Shown piece after piece: positions 34,957 to 44,168 of a stretch of DNA of 64,000 bases. The first letter of the stretch is position 1, and every line of letters begins with the position of its first letter. The notes under the pieces were generated by a model. That model had not been told where the DNA came from, did not search any database, and saw only the letters and a program-made list of their open reading frames with translations. The stretch covers positions 6,183 to 70,182 of the forward strand of contig CAZMPQ010000001.1 in the NCBI GenBank assembly GCA_964568535.1, in the 5' to 3' direction. Source of the stretch: an uncultured Candidatus Saccharibacteria bacterium. Lineage in GTDB: Bacteria > Patescibacteriota > Minisyncoccia > UBA6257 > 2-01-FULL-56-20. Position numbers and translations under genes: made by a program.

Positions 34957-36432
34957 TCACTTCACACCGGGGGCGCGGCAATCATATACCGCAAAACCAT
35001 ATCCGGGAACGGCGTGCGCAAGTTGGACGCCAAAGAGCTTTGGCGGACGCGACACATAGAACTCGCGCTCCAACGCGCAGCCGCTATAGTGCACCGAAAG
35101 ATCCGGCGATTCCCATTCTTCCGTAATGAGCAGATATTGCGAAGCGCCCGGATTCGCCGGAATTTCCGCAACGAACATCCGGTCGTAGGACTCGGAAAGC
35201 ATCCACATCCGCGAACCGCCAGGCATAAAGGGAGCGCCGGTATGTTTTGCGAGGACATCGGCGAACGCCGCGCGCGCCGCGGGGAGCGTGACGCCGTCAC
35301 GCAGGAAAAGCGGGAAGAGCGCTGCGGGAACGAGCGACAGCGCAGCAAGCATCCCGACGAACACAACAAGCGGATACATTACGCGCTTATCCCTCCGGAT
35401 GCCGGAAGCGGGGTGCAGCAGCGCGGCGAACGCGACGACCACGAATGGCGTGAGGTAGTAGAATCTGGCGTTCGCCGCGGCAAATGCGCCGTAGGCCGCG
35501 AACACGAGCGCTGAGAGCACGACGAGCGCGGGCGAGCCGATAGCGCCGGCACGCATCTTGCGCACGAACAGGCGCACGGCGAAGAATGCGAATATTCCGG
35601 CGAATACCACGAGCGGCGGGCGGCTGAAAAGCGCCGCGGCGATGCCCGCAGGCGTGAGGCGCGACACCATCGCCGAGCCATGGCGCAGCGTGCCGTTTAT
35701 CATCTCGCCGATGGGAAATGGGCTCAATTGCATCACCGCGACGAATGCGACGGCCGCAGTTGCCGCGATAATGGCGAGATACGTTGCGCTTGTGCGCATG
35801 TCGTACCGTATACCGAAGAACATCGCTCCAAGCGCGGCGAACGCGACGGGGATGACCACGTGCGTAGCTACGGTAAACCCGATGAGCGCACCAAGCGCGA
35901 GCGCGAGACGCCGCGGCTCACGAAAAGCGACCGCAGCGACGAGGCCGAGCGTCACAAAAAGGCGGGCGAGTATCTCTGGTCGCGTCCCGAACGTCCACGA
36001 AGCGCGGAAAACGAGGGCAATGCCAACGCAGATAAGAAGCGCGGTTAGCCAATCAAGCCGCGTTCCATCGCTTGACGCGATGCGCATGAGCGACCATGCA
36101 GAAAGCGCGAGCGCTGCGGCCGTGATGAGCGCCATGCCTTTCATCGCCTGGAGCGGCGCAGGTGTTGCAGCGTCCGGCGAGACGAACCAACTAACGACGA
36201 TAGGAAAGAGCGGCGGATACGACAGGAACGGACCGTTCCCGCCGATAAGTTTCGAGTCCAGCCATCGAATGGGGTTTTGCAGATCGCCCGAACGGGCACG
36301 TTCTATGCCCGGCGCCATGAACCACGCGCCGTCGTTCATGCCTGCAGGCGGATAGCCGAACGCGCCGAAGAGCAGCGCAAGCCCTGCGAAAAACGCCGTT
36401 ACGCCGATGACCGTTCCCCGTTGCGCCGTCAT
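34957..36432 (-). CDS. polytopic membrane protein, putative GT-C-fold glycosyltransferase; paralog of the 16844..18388 gene
   Basis: Many TM helices. The C-terminus GVQLAHAVPGYGFAVYDC is shared with the paralog. It is adjacent to a Dpm1-like GT2. Confidence 0.55.
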   Translation of the reverse strand: MTAQRGTVIGVTAFFAGLALLFGAFGYPPAGMNDGAWFMAPGIERARSGDLQNPIRWLDSKLIGGNGPFLSYPPLFPIVVSWFVSPDAATPAPLQAMKGMALITAAALALSAWSLMRIASSDGTRLDWLTALLICVGIALVFRASWTFGTRPEILARLFVTLGLVAAVAFREPRRLALALGALIGFTVATHVVIPVAFAALGAMFFGIRYDMRTSATYLAIIAATAAVAFVAVMQLSPFPIGEMINGTLRHGSAMVSRLTPAGIAAALFSRPPLVVFAGIFAFFAVRLFVRKMRAGAIGSPALVVLSALVFAAYGAFAAANARFYYLTPFVVVAFAALLHPASGIRRDKRVMYPLVVFVGMLAALSLVPAALFPLFLRDGVTLPAARAAFADVLAKHTGAPFMPGGSRMWMLSESYDRMFVAEIPANPGASQYLLITEEWESPDLSVHYSGCALEREFYVSRPPKLFGVQLAHAVPGYGFAVYDCRAPGVK

Positions 36433-37826
36433 GTCTGCACGGGCGATGATTCGCTCTGTTCCGGCATATTCGGAATGAACGGCACGAGTTGACGTTCCAA
36501 TCCATCCGCCACAGAACGCTTCGTGTCATACAAGTTCTCTTTTTCTCCTGCGTCGTCCAACGCGTACAGATGTTTTTGCCCCTTCCAGCGGAAGAATTTG
36601 TATCCGCCGGAGATCATTGCGATACCGGTGAATTTCCGATCGGTGAGGTCGCCTGCGCTCTCCGATGCCTGCACGATGACCGGCCGTTCGTCCACCTCCA
36701 ACAAGCTTTTTCCTTTATATGTATCCGGCAGCTGCACCCCCGCAAGCGCAAGGAGCGTTGGCGCAACGTCCACCAAGCTCACGGGGCGCTCAATACCGCC
36801 CGCGGGTGCCCGGCCCGGCGCGTGCATGATGAGCGGCACCTGCACGTTCACGTTATAAAGCTTCTGCGGATGACCGAACGAGCCATGTTCCAAAAATTCC
36901 TCGCCATGGTCTGCATGGATGACGACGACCGCGTCATCGTTCAGCACACCGCGCTCCTTGAGCGCGGCAAGAAGCTTTTGTATGCCTTCGTCCACATAGC
37001 GCAGTGAGTCGTCGTAGGTGCTTTGCTGAAGCGGCATGAAATATTTGAATACTGAAGGGAATTCGCCAAAGAGGAATGCGGATAGTTCTGTTGCGTGGAA
37101 TTTGAGTGCTTTGAAAAAGCCTTTTCCGCGGCGATAAAAAAGTCCGTAGGGCGCGTGTGCGTCAAGATAATGGAGCCACAGATAGACAGGACGGCCGGAT
37201 GCGCCATCCAGCGCTTTCAGCAGCTCGCGGTTCATTTCCTCCGCAGTAAAGAACGGCGGTTTGAATCCCAACATATCCTTCAGGATCTTCCGCAGGGTGA
37301 GCACGACCCGTTCCGCCGCCTTCACGAGCGATGCAAGGAGCCGCGAACGCCTGCGGAGCCACTCATGCCCCGCTGCGGTCTTTTTGAGGACTTTTGATTT
37401 CGTCGTTCCTTTCCGGAGACCGGGGCTCATCGGAGCCGATTGGCCGGTTGTCTTTTTAAAGTAGTTCAAATACTTGAACACATTCCAGCCACGGTTGTAG
37501 CCAAAGTAGTCCGAAAGATAGGGTGAAGAATGGATGCCGATGGTCGCGTAGCCCGCCCGCTGCAGCGCCTCGGGCAGAAGAACACGCGGCGTTTCAATAA
37601 AGCCATAGCCGCCATGATCCAGCGGATAGGTAGAGGTGAACATCCCGACGAACGACACTGAAGAGCCGGGGCCTGTTGCGTACGCATGCTTGAACCACGC
37701 GCTCTTCGCGGCGAGTGAATCCAAAAACGGCGTTGTCCCCTTGCCGTATCCGGCGAACCCCATGTGGTCCTGCCGGCCGCTATCAAAGGTAATATGGATG
37801 ATATTGGGTTTTTTCGCGGAATTCAT
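36429..37826 (-). CDS. sulfatase-like hydrolase/transferase (alkaline-phosphatase superfamily)
   Basis: Carries IIHITFDSGRQDHMGF...YATGPGSSVSFVGMFTS...HADHGEEF. It lacks the CxPxR formylglycine motif and has no N-terminal TM segment. Confidence 0.65.
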   Translation of the reverse strand: MNSAKKPNIIHITFDSGRQDHMGFAGYGKGTTPFLDSLAAKSAWFKHAYATGPGSSVSFVGMFTSTYPLDHGGYGFIETPRVLLPEALQRAGYATIGIHSSPYLSDYFGYNRGWNVFKYLNYFKKTTGQSAPMSPGLRKGTTKSKVLKKTAAGHEWLRRRSRLLASLVKAAERVVLTLRKILKDMLGFKPPFFTAEEMNRELLKALDGASGRPVYLWLHYLDAHAPYGLFYRRGKGFFKALKFHATELSAFLFGEFPSVFKYFMPLQQSTYDDSLRYVDEGIQKLLAALKERGVLNDDAVVVIHADHGEEFLEHGSFGHPQKLYNVNVQVPLIMHAPGRAPAGGIERPVSLVDVAPTLLALAGVQLPDTYKGKSLLEVDERPVIVQASESAGDLTDRKFTGIAMISGGYKFFRWKGQKHLYALDDAGEKENLYDTKRSVADGLERQLVPFIPNMPEQSESSPVQT

Positions 37827-38052
37827 CTATTCCCCTTCTTCAGGCCCAGAGCCGCCGAAGAGCTTGCGAACGCCGGCAGTGAGCCGGAAAAAACGCGCGA
37901 GCGCCATCTGCCACAGCGAACTCCCCGCGCCGGGGTCAATGTACCCCAGGGCTTTCAATTGCTCTACAACTTCGTCACGTGAGGGATCTTGTTCGTCAGC
38001 CACGCGATGATGGTAGCAGAGGAAATGGAGGGTGTAAACGCTGACACGCCAA

Positions 38053-39054
38053 TTACTGCCCGGTTGAGGTCGGAGCCGGTGCCGGAGGCGTTGAAGTGGG
38101 CGCAGTAGGAGATGGCGCGAAGTTCTCCGGTGGGAGTGGAGCGGAAGGCGGAGGAGGTGGGGGTTGTGGCGGATAGAATTGGGCGCAGTCGGGGTCGGCG
38201 GAGTCGGTGAAACCGTCGCGATCGTTGTCGATGTTGTCTCCACAAAGGGCTGGGAGGTCTTCTCGGAGAGCCCCACCACAGTCGGGATCTGCTTTATCAA
38301 TTAGCCCATCTTTGTCGTTATCTTCTTTATCACCGCAACGACTCCAAGAATTCTCAGGTATACTATCGCGGCTTGTAGAAATGGGAGGCAAAATCTCCGG
38401 CACCGGGCGTGGAGGTATCAACTCCTGGAATTTGTCGTACACTGCTCGCTTGTTCGCTTCAAAAAGGGATTGGAAAGAGTTTATCGTCCGGCCCTTTTGA
38501 ATATCAATATCTCTCAATATCTCGTTCGGATATGCGTTGAGTAATTCATACGTCCTTGAGTGTTTTTTTACAATGTCGGTCAGTTCTTCGTTTGTAAGAC
38601 GCGAACTCTGGCTTATGGACACATGGAAGGCGTTCGGGGAACCAACGTAATACCACGGTTCTGTTTCGGCCCAGTGACGAGCGGCAAGGATATACGTGTT
38701 GCCCGGGACAAGTCGAGCGCCCTCAAATGCTTCTATATCAACTTGTATCCTACCACTCGCAGTGCCTTTGATGTTGTAAAGAACTTCTACTTCGTACTGA
38801 TAATGTGCAAGCTGACTACCTCCAGGGAGTGTTTGAGGATTGTTTCCTCTCTCTGCGAGGACTTTCGCCGCAAAGACCTCTTGGGCGTAGCCCACTAAGA
38901 CGCGCGGATTGTCGTAGTTGATTGCGTATGAAGCTGCGGGGCTAGAATTTTCTTCGTTTTGCCCATTATCAAGGGGTAATTCAGAGTTCACGGCGACATA
39001 GAAACCAACGATAACTGCTACACTGCTTACGATGATGGCTAGTTGCCTTTTCAT
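38053..39054 (-). CDS. secreted partner protein (paralog of the 26134..27117 gene): signal anchor, a conserved domain, two Cys-bracketed Asp-rich repeats and a poly-proline tail
   Basis: Starts MKRQLAIIVSSVAVIVGFYVA. Carries RTYELLNAYPNEI, CGDKEDNDKDGLIDKADPDC and CGDNIDNDRDGFTDSADPDC, and ends PPQPPPPPPSAPLPP...TPPAPAPTSTGQ. Confidence 0.6.
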   Translation of the reverse strand: MKRQLAIIVSSVAVIVGFYVAVNSELPLDNGQNEENSSPAASYAINYDNPRVLVGYAQEVFAAKVLAERGNNPQTLPGGSQLAHYQYEVEVLYNIKGTASGRIQVDIEAFEGARLVPGNTYILAARHWAETEPWYYVGSPNAFHVSISQSSRLTNEELTDIVKKHSRTYELLNAYPNEILRDIDIQKGRTINSFQSLFEANKRAVYDKFQELIPPRPVPEILPPISTSRDSIPENSWSRCGDKEDNDKDGLIDKADPDCGGALREDLPALCGDNIDNDRDGFTDSADPDCAQFYPPQPPPPPPSAPLPPENFAPSPTAPTSTPPAPAPTSTGQ

Positions 39055-39079
39055 TGCATTGTTTAATGTGTTAGGGACC

Positions 39080-42000
39080 TTACCATTGAATGACGTGCTT
39101 CATCCGGTGTGGGTCAAAGAAGTAAGACGGGCTCCAGAGAAGATTGAAATTGAATAAATCTAAAATGCCTAATGTTGTTTGGGGCTCAAGAATTCCTGGG
39201 AAGTAATCGCATGAATGACGCGCCATAATACTATCCCCGTATTCAGTGTGCGATAAACCTAACGCATGACCAATCTCATGGGTTGCAACACATTGTTGCG
39301 AGTCTGAGTAAGAATTCATTCCATTTGTGTTGAATATAATGTGAGCGGTACTCGTAACAAATGGATACCACAATCCCGCCCACGATGAGGTGTCTACTGT
39401 GATATCAGCCACGTATATATCCCAGGTATCACTCGATGACGCACTTGCATTGACGACCATCACATAGCCCGATGACGAAGCGTTCCATGTGCTCATACCA
39501 TCAATAAGTTCTGATTGGTATTGCGTAGAGCTTCCCACTCTCATTTTCAGAGTACTAGAATTCACTCCAGGCGGAGACCATGTTGACTCACTAGGACTCG
39601 CAATAAATGCACTCATGTATGGACTAATGTCAATGTAATCCGATACGTCATCACCTGCTCCTGATGGGTTTTGACCAGAATGGTAAGGTCCTGCGTTGTC
39701 GGTAGATGTAGAGATATCATCAAGCGGAAACCATCCTCCCCAGAAGTTGTTGGTCATCGTAGATGTCGGCCCCGATGCATCGTGGAGCGCACCGTAGCCT
39801 GCAGTCGCATTGCTGAAGACGGTACTTGAAGACATCGTCACATTGTTGCCGCTCGTAACTCTTACGCCGTTGTAGTTGTCGTGTATTGAGGCGTATATGA
39901 TAGTCGTTGTTCCGGCCGTAAGGTACAAACCGTGCGTTTCTGCATAGGAGACATCGCTGTTTCTGATGTTCAGCACTCCCCCGTTGTTGTAGATATTTGC
40001 ATCACTTGCCGCATCTCCTCCGCCATATCTGACAACGCTTCCCACAAGCGTACTGCTCGCACCTGTATTGAACTTGATATGTCCCCAGTCACCTACCGCC
40101 GGCTGCGTCGTACTGTTGTTTGTGTCCCCTCCTACCGCATCATCGTGATACGACGTGAAATATACCAAGGTTGAGCTCAGGGCTCCTCCCTTCACATCAA
40201 GCTCTCCGTTCACGATGAGGGAGGTATTGGGTTTGAACTTGATGACGGTGCCGGACGCTACGGTGATTTTCACGCCGGAGGCGATGGTAGCGGTACTTGT
40301 GACGATGTATGGGGAGAGGTTGTGGGTCCAGGTGGTGCTTGCGGTGATAGTGCCGGAGAGGAGGTTCGCCGTGCCGCACCCTGCCGTCGTACACACTTCC
40401 GCACCGCTTCCGCTGTTCCAGAGCGCATTCCGAGTACTCGTGGATATCCGCGACGTGGACAGGAATAGTTCGTCAATATGCCAGCTGTGCTTGTAGTCGG
40501 CGTTCAAGCCGTTCACCTGGAGATCGGTGGAGTAGTTCGTGGTTGCGCTGTCGGTGAACGAATGTTGGCGCACGTTGTCCACGTAATAATCAACGATCGA
40601 GCCGCTGCGAAGCACTGTTACCCAGTACCACGTGGATGTCGCGAGAGAATAGGAGAAGTTCCCCTTGCAAGTCCCGTTGTGCCTGAACTCAAAGTTGTTT
40701 CCCGCGCACTGGGCGCCATACATCACCGCGTCATTGCTTGTTCCGCCCGTCGTCCTGCCGACAAGGGAAGTGTCGTTCAGGGCTTCCATCGGCTTCATCC
40801 AGAACCCAATAGAGAAGTCCCCCGAAAGGTCCATAGCGGATGAGGACACTGTCCAATATCCGGAACCCTGCGTAATGCCTGCGGTTGATAGCTTGCCCTC
40901 GGTAGATCCTGTCCCCCACGACGTGAGGTGGCGCGCGTTCCCCGAGGCGTCGGACGTGTCCTCAAAATGATACAGGCCGACAACGTTTGAAACCTCTACC
41001 CGCGGATTGGGAACGGTCTCCACCACGACGTCCACCACATTGTCTGTGCCGAATTGTCGCCAAGAGGATGTGGCGTTCGTCGCGGTATCCAGCGCTCTCC
41101 CTCGCCAATACCAGAATCCATCGGGGATGGCCGAGATGGTTGTTGTGGCATACGAGCTCGGAGTCACTGCGGTGCTTGTGCCGTGAAGTGCGTTCGTGAA
41201 CGACGTGCTCGTAGAAAGCTCAACTTGAAGCATGAGGTTGTTTGACGATGAGGAGTTCAAAAAAGCTTTGAAGAATACCGTGCTCTCCGCCGTGGTCGCG
41301 CCCTCGCTCAATGGGGTCGTGCCATCAGCTTTGAACTGCGTTGTTGAGGAGATGACGGGGATAGAGGAGGTCGCACATCCTAGTGTAGCGCATATCTCCG
41401 CCCCACTACCACTTGCCCAGAGCGCATCTTTCGTGCTCGTCGTGATGCGAGCGTTCATGAAAAAGAGTTCGTCCATAAGATAGGCGTGGTTGTACGATGA
41501 GCAACCGCCACCCGAGAGACCAAGGGCGCCGATACAGAGGTCGCTGCTGATATTTCCCGTCTCGCTGTCGGTGAACGGGAATACTACGCTGTTGTTCACA
41601 TAATAATCGGTGTTCGTTCCCGTTCGGGCGATGAGGAACCAGTACCAGGTGTTCGTCGAGAGCGTGTATGCCGAAGTATGGCACGTGTTGTTGTGCTTGA
41701 ACTCAACGTGGCTCCCCGCGCATGTATTCCCATAATACACGCCTTCGCGGGAAGAACCGGATATCCGATCAATGAACGGCGTGTCGTTCAGAGATACCTG
41801 TGGGTATATCCAGAATCCGATAGTGAAGTCGCCCGACAGATCCATAACTGATGACGATGCCCGGAGGAATGCGCCGCTCGCGAAGTTTGCCGCATTGGAC
41901 AGCGTACCAGTTGTGAACGTGGTCCCGGAAGCGTTTACGAGGTCGTGTCGGTTCGCCGATGACGTAACGGAGTCTGTCAGGTTCTCCATGTGGTAGAGGG

Positions 42001-42139
42001 CGGTGATGTTGGGGACGTACACGGCGGCGGAGGCGAAGCTTGGAAACAAAAACGCCACCAGAGTGGCGGCGAGGAACGCGGTGGAGAGAGCAACAAGCGT
42101 TGTTCTTTGTGACGGAACGACCCTGGCGTTCCTGAACAT
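39080..42139 (-). CDS. very large secreted surface protein with the same LamG, LamG, Ig/FN3-like, beta-helix and metzincin architecture (paralog of the 27152..30328 gene)
   Basis: I chose the start at the conserved MFRNARVVP; the ORF extends to 42199 across the poly-G tract. Carries ALYHMENLTDSVTSSANRHDL...MDELFFMNARITTSTKDALWASG, ATHEIGHALGLSH, DSIMARH (the Met-turn) and FDPHRMKHVIQW. Confidence 0.75.
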   Translation of the reverse strand: MFRNARVVPSQRTTLVALSTAFLAATLVAFLFPSFASAAVYVPNITALYHMENLTDSVTSSANRHDLVNASGTTFTTGTLSNAANFASGAFLRASSSVMDLSGDFTIGFWIYPQVSLNDTPFIDRISGSSREGVYYGNTCAGSHVEFKHNNTCHTSAYTLSTNTWYWFLIARTGTNTDYYVNNSVVFPFTDSETGNISSDLCIGALGLSGGGCSSYNHAYLMDELFFMNARITTSTKDALWASGSGAEICATLGCATSSIPVISSTTQFKADGTTPLSEGATTAESTVFFKAFLNSSSSNNLMLQVELSTSTSFTNALHGTSTAVTPSSYATTTISAIPDGFWYWRGRALDTATNATSSWRQFGTDNVVDVVVETVPNPRVEVSNVVGLYHFEDTSDASGNARHLTSWGTGSTEGKLSTAGITQGSGYWTVSSSAMDLSGDFSIGFWMKPMEALNDTSLVGRTTGGTSNDAVMYGAQCAGNNFEFRHNGTCKGNFSYSLATSTWYWVTVLRSGSIVDYYVDNVRQHSFTDSATTNYSTDLQVNGLNADYKHSWHIDELFLSTSRISTSTRNALWNSGSGAEVCTTAGCGTANLLSGTITASTTWTHNLSPYIVTSTATIASGVKITVASGTVIKFKPNTSLIVNGELDVKGGALSSTLVYFTSYHDDAVGGDTNNSTTQPAVGDWGHIKFNTGASSTLVGSVVRYGGGDAASDANIYNNGGVLNIRNSDVSYAETHGLYLTAGTTTIIYASIHDNYNGVRVTSGNNVTMSSSTVFSNATAGYGALHDASGPTSTMTNNFWGGWFPLDDISTSTDNAGPYHSGQNPSGAGDDVSDYIDISPYMSAFIASPSESTWSPPGVNSSTLKMRVGSSTQYQSELIDGMSTWNASSSGYVMVVNASASSSDTWDIYVADITVDTSSWAGLWYPFVTSTAHIIFNTNGMNSYSDSQQCVATHEIGHALGLSHTEYGDSIMARHSCDYFPGILEPQTTLGILDLFNFNLLWSPSYFFDPHRMKHVIQW

Positions 42140-42165
42140 GATGATTGAACGATACCACGGAGGAA

Positions 42166-42177
42166 CCCCCCCCCCCC
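42166..42177. repeat. homopolymeric tract, C12 on the plus strand (G12 on the coding strand), 26 nt upstream of the conserved start of the 1039-aa gene
   Basis: Read directly. On the coding strand the context is GTGCGGGGGGGGGGGGTTCCTCCGTGGTATCGTTCAATCATCATG. With 12 G the tract is in frame with an upstream ATG at 42199. Confidence 0.8.
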
Positions 42178-42199
42178 GCACAAGCGGGGATGTGCACAA

Positions 42200-43138
42200 C
42201 TATCCGCTGCTTTTCAAATACCACTCAATCGTCTTCTTCAGCCCTTCCTCAAAATCTGTCTTCGCCTTGAATCCGAATTCTTTTTCCGCGCGCGTGGTGT
42301 CCAACATTCGGCGCGGCTGGCCGTCGGGCTTTTCTGCATTCCACTTAATATCGCCTGCGTAGTCCGTAAGCCGCGCGATAAGTTCCGCAAGATTCTTGAT
42401 AGAAATTTCCATCCCTGAGCCGAGGTTCACGGGATCCGACGTATCATATTTCTCTAATGCACTTACGATGCCTTCCGCGGCGTCTTCAACATATAAGAAC
42501 TCGCGCGTCGGCCGGCCGGTACCCCATGCTTCCACGGATTTCGCGCCACTTTGCTTTGCTTCCGCAAATTTCCTGATGAGCGCAGGGACGACGTGTGAGG
42601 ATTTCGGATCGAAGTTATCTCCCGGGCCGTACAGATTCACCGGCAGGAGAAAAACAACATTCATTCCGTACTGTGTGCGATATGCGCGGGCTGCGGTGAG
42701 GAACGATTTTTTTGCGAGCCCGTAAGGCGCGTTCGTTTCTTCTGGATATCCGTTCCAGAGGTCTTCTTCATTGAACGGCACGCGTGTGTACTTCGGATAG
42801 GCGCAGATGGTGCCGAGCAGAATTATCTTTTGCACATTCGCCTTCCGCGCGGCTTCCAAAAGCCGCGCGCCCATGATCGCGTTGTCGTAAAAAAGCTCGC
42901 CGGGTTTTTCCTGGTTGTACCCGATGCCGCCCACTTTCGCGGCCAAATGGATAACCAAGTCCATCCCTTGGACGGCACGCTCGCAATCCTCGGCTTTCCG
43001 TAGGTCGTAGTCCCCCATCTGCGGGACGCGAATATCCTCGTCGCGTACGCCGCGCGCGCGGAGAACGTTCAAAATATGCGCGCCTAAAAATCCGGCGCCG
43101 CCGGTCACGAGAATTTTTTTGTTCTTCAAATCAAGCAT
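42200..43138 (-). CDS. fcl: GDP-L-fucose synthase-like (GDP-4-keto-6-deoxy-D-mannose 3,5-epimerase/4-reductase)
   Basis: Carries MLDLKNKKILVTGGAGFLGAHI, YGLAKK and NLYGPGDNFDPKSSHVVPALIRKF. I chose the start at M29. Confidence 0.75.
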   Translation of the reverse strand: MLDLKNKKILVTGGAGFLGAHILNVLRARGVRDEDIRVPQMGDYDLRKAEDCERAVQGMDLVIHLAAKVGGIGYNQEKPGELFYDNAIMGARLLEAARKANVQKIILLGTICAYPKYTRVPFNEEDLWNGYPEETNAPYGLAKKSFLTAARAYRTQYGMNVVFLLPVNLYGPGDNFDPKSSHVVPALIRKFAEAKQSGAKSVEAWGTGRPTREFLYVEDAAEGIVSALEKYDTSDPVNLGSGMEISIKNLAELIARLTDYAGDIKWNAEKPDGQPRRMLDTTRAEKEFGFKAKTDFEEGLKKTIEWYLKSSG

Positions 43139-44075
43139 GGTTCGTAAAATCGTTTTCGTTCCACGCGATGGTCTCGCGCAGGCCGTTCTCAAGTGACGTC
43201 GTTGCGCGGAAACCGAATTCACGCTCCGCGCGGCCCGGGTCTAGAATGCGGCGCATTTGGCCGTCGGGCTTCATGCTATCCCACTGCACCTCGCCGCGGA
43301 AATCCATGAGCTTTGCAATGGTCTCTGCAAGCTCGCGAATGGAAATCTCCCATCCCGAGCCGATATTGACCGGTTCCGGCTTGCTGTACCGCTCTGCCGC
43401 AGAGACGAACGCCTCGGCGGCGTCCTTCACGAAAACGAAGTCGCGTGTCGGCGAGCCCGTTCCCCACAATGTGATGGACGATGCGCCGTCGCGCTTCGCC
43501 TCAAGTATTTTGCGGATGATGTTCGTGATAACGAATCCGCGCACCGCTTCCTTGCCGGGACCGTACATGTTGGTCATCAAAAGATGCACCGCATCAAAGC
43601 CGTACTGCGCGCGATATGCCTGCGCTTGCACAAGAAGCATCGTCTTCGCCACGGAATATGCCTCGTGGAGCTCCTCGACCGGCCCGGCCCAGATATCTTC
43701 CTCGCGGAACGGCATTGGCGCTCGCGCGGGATATTCGGTGATGCTTCCGGCGGTGACGAATTTTTTGACGCCGTTTTGCCGCGCGGCCTCCATAAGCTCC
43801 ACGCCCATCACCAGATTGTCGTGGAAAATTTCCGCAGGATGTTCGCGGTGGAACTGCCCGTCGCCCGTGATGCCGGCCAAATGGATAACCACGTCCACGC
43901 CCTTCGTCACCTCGCGGCATGCAGACGCGTTCCGTAGGTCGTGCGTTTCACGCGTCGGAACGACGATGTTCTTCTCCGGCGCGCCGCGGTCTTTCAATGC
44001 CTGGACCACGTGCGTGCCGAGAAAGCCGCTCCCGCCAGACACCAGGATTTTTTTATCGCGGAGGTCAAGCATCAA
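43131..44075 (-). CDS. second Fcl-like GDP-sugar epimerase/reductase (a tandem paralog; it may act on a 3,6-dideoxy intermediate, i.e. ColC-like)
   Basis: Starts MMLDLRDKKILVSGGSGFLGTHV. It shares the same SDR fold, is about 40-45% identical to the downstream paralog, and lies 2 nt before that gene's start. Confidence 0.7.
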   Translation of the reverse strand: MMLDLRDKKILVSGGSGFLGTHVVQALKDRGAPEKNIVVPTRETHDLRNASACREVTKGVDVVIHLAGITGDGQFHREHPAEIFHDNLVMGVELMEAARQNGVKKFVTAGSITEYPARAPMPFREEDIWAGPVEELHEAYSVAKTMLLVQAQAYRAQYGFDAVHLLMTNMYGPGKEAVRGFVITNIIRKILEAKRDGASSITLWGTGSPTRDFVFVKDAAEAFVSAAERYSKPEPVNIGSGWEISIRELAETIAKLMDFRGEVQWDSMKPDGQMRRILDPGRAEREFGFRATTSLENGLRETIAWNENDFTNHA

Positions 44076-44127
44076 TGCTTTGATACTACCCCACCGAATG
44101 ATGAAAAAACAACCGTAAAAGTACGTC

Positions 44128-44162
44128 GGCCCCGGACGCGCAACAGGTGCGCAGCCGGGGCC
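44128..44162 (-). terminator. GC-rich hairpin (8-bp and 5-bp stems) followed on the minus strand by TTTTACGGTTGTTTTTT
   Basis: The sequence is GGCCCCGG-ac-GCGCA-acagg-TGCGC-ag-CCGGGGCC. A T-rich run follows in the direction of transcription of the 44169..44777 gene. Confidence 0.5.
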
Positions 44163-44168
44163 AAGTCA

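Noticed and set aside
36429-37826. Calling this gene an arylsulfatase
   Set aside because: The CxPxR formylglycine motif is absent (it has ATGPGSS instead), so I call it only a sulfatase-like hydrolase/transferase of the alkaline-phosphatase superfamily.
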